A DNA stretch of 64,000 nucleotides from Laetmonice hystrix (lineage: Eukaryota), in the NCBI GenBank assembly GCA_965235115.1, contig OZ249442.1:19840001-19904000 (forward strand). The letters run 5' to 3'. Shown here piece after piece: positions 63,361 to 64,000 of this stretch (position 1 is the stretch's first letter; every line of letters starts with the position of its first letter). The translations under genes and the position numbers were made by a program. Under the pieces are notes generated by a model. The model saw nothing but the letters and a program-made list of their open reading frames with translations. It made no database searches and had not been told where the DNA came from.

Positions 63361-64000
63361 ATCATGGCGATGTACTACATGCAATTACTGATCTAAGAAC
63401 TTGAACTATAGTACATGCATGAACATTATGTATAGGAAGACTATATACAAGTATCATGGCGATGTACCACAGGCAATTACTGATCTAAGCCCCCAGTATG
63501 AGATAACTAAGGGGTATATAGTCAGAACTTGATCTATCGTACATGTATGTACATTATGTATAGGAAGACTATATACAAGGATCATGGCGATGTACCACAG
63601 GCAATTACTGATCTAAGCCCCCAGTATGAGATAACTGAAGGGCATATAGTCAGAACATGAACTATAGTACACATATATGTACATTATGTCATGGCGATGT
63701 ACTACAGGCAATTACTGATCTAAGCCCCCAGTATGAGATAACTAAGGGGCATATAGTCAGAACTTGAACTATAGTACATGTATGTACATTATGTCATGGC
63801 GATGTACTACAGGCAATTACTGATCTAAGCCCCCAGTATGAGATAACTAAGGGGCATATAGTCAGAACTTGAACTATAGTACATGTATGTACATTATGTC
63901 ATGGCGATGTACTACAGGCAATTACTGATCTAAGCCCCCAGTATGAGATAACTGAAGGGCATATAGTCAGAACATGAACTATAGTACACATATATGTACA
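63361..64000. repeat. About 105-bp satellite (first units 92, 128 and 107 bp), runs off the window end
   Basis: TCATGGCGATGTACTACAGGCAATTACTGATCTAAGCCCCCAGTATGAGATAACTAAGGGGCATATAGTCAGAACTTGAACTATAGTACATGTATGTACATTATG; period 105 at 63691, 63796 and 63901. Confidence 0.95.

Overview
This is eukaryotic (animal, probably invertebrate) non-genic or intronic DNA. There is no CRISPR array, rRNA, intact tRNA or recognisable host gene. Roughly a fifth to a quarter of the window (about 14-15 kb, summed by eye) is about 17 unrelated minisatellite or satellite arrays with units of 19-105 bp. Most of the long ORFs in the supplied track are read-through of these arrays. The only confidently protein-coding sequence is a young, 5'-truncated CR1-group non-LTR retrotransposon (LINE) on the minus strand (about 47877-50340). 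It keeps an uninterrupted reverse-transcriptase frame and a poly(A) tail, and carries a decayed duplicate of its own ORF2 3' end. Also present: a near-perfect 141-bp palindromic MITE with CAC...GTG ends and a TA duplication (39528-39668), several heavily decayed LINE RT remnants, two possible tRNA-derived SINE heads, a telomere-like repeat tract near the left end, and small clusters of CRE, DR1 and E2F motifs. All identifications come from reading the sequence by eye against remembered consensus motifs; no database search was run. I found no clearly novel multi-gene system. The most interesting signals are structural oddities of the LINE and of the repeat arrays.
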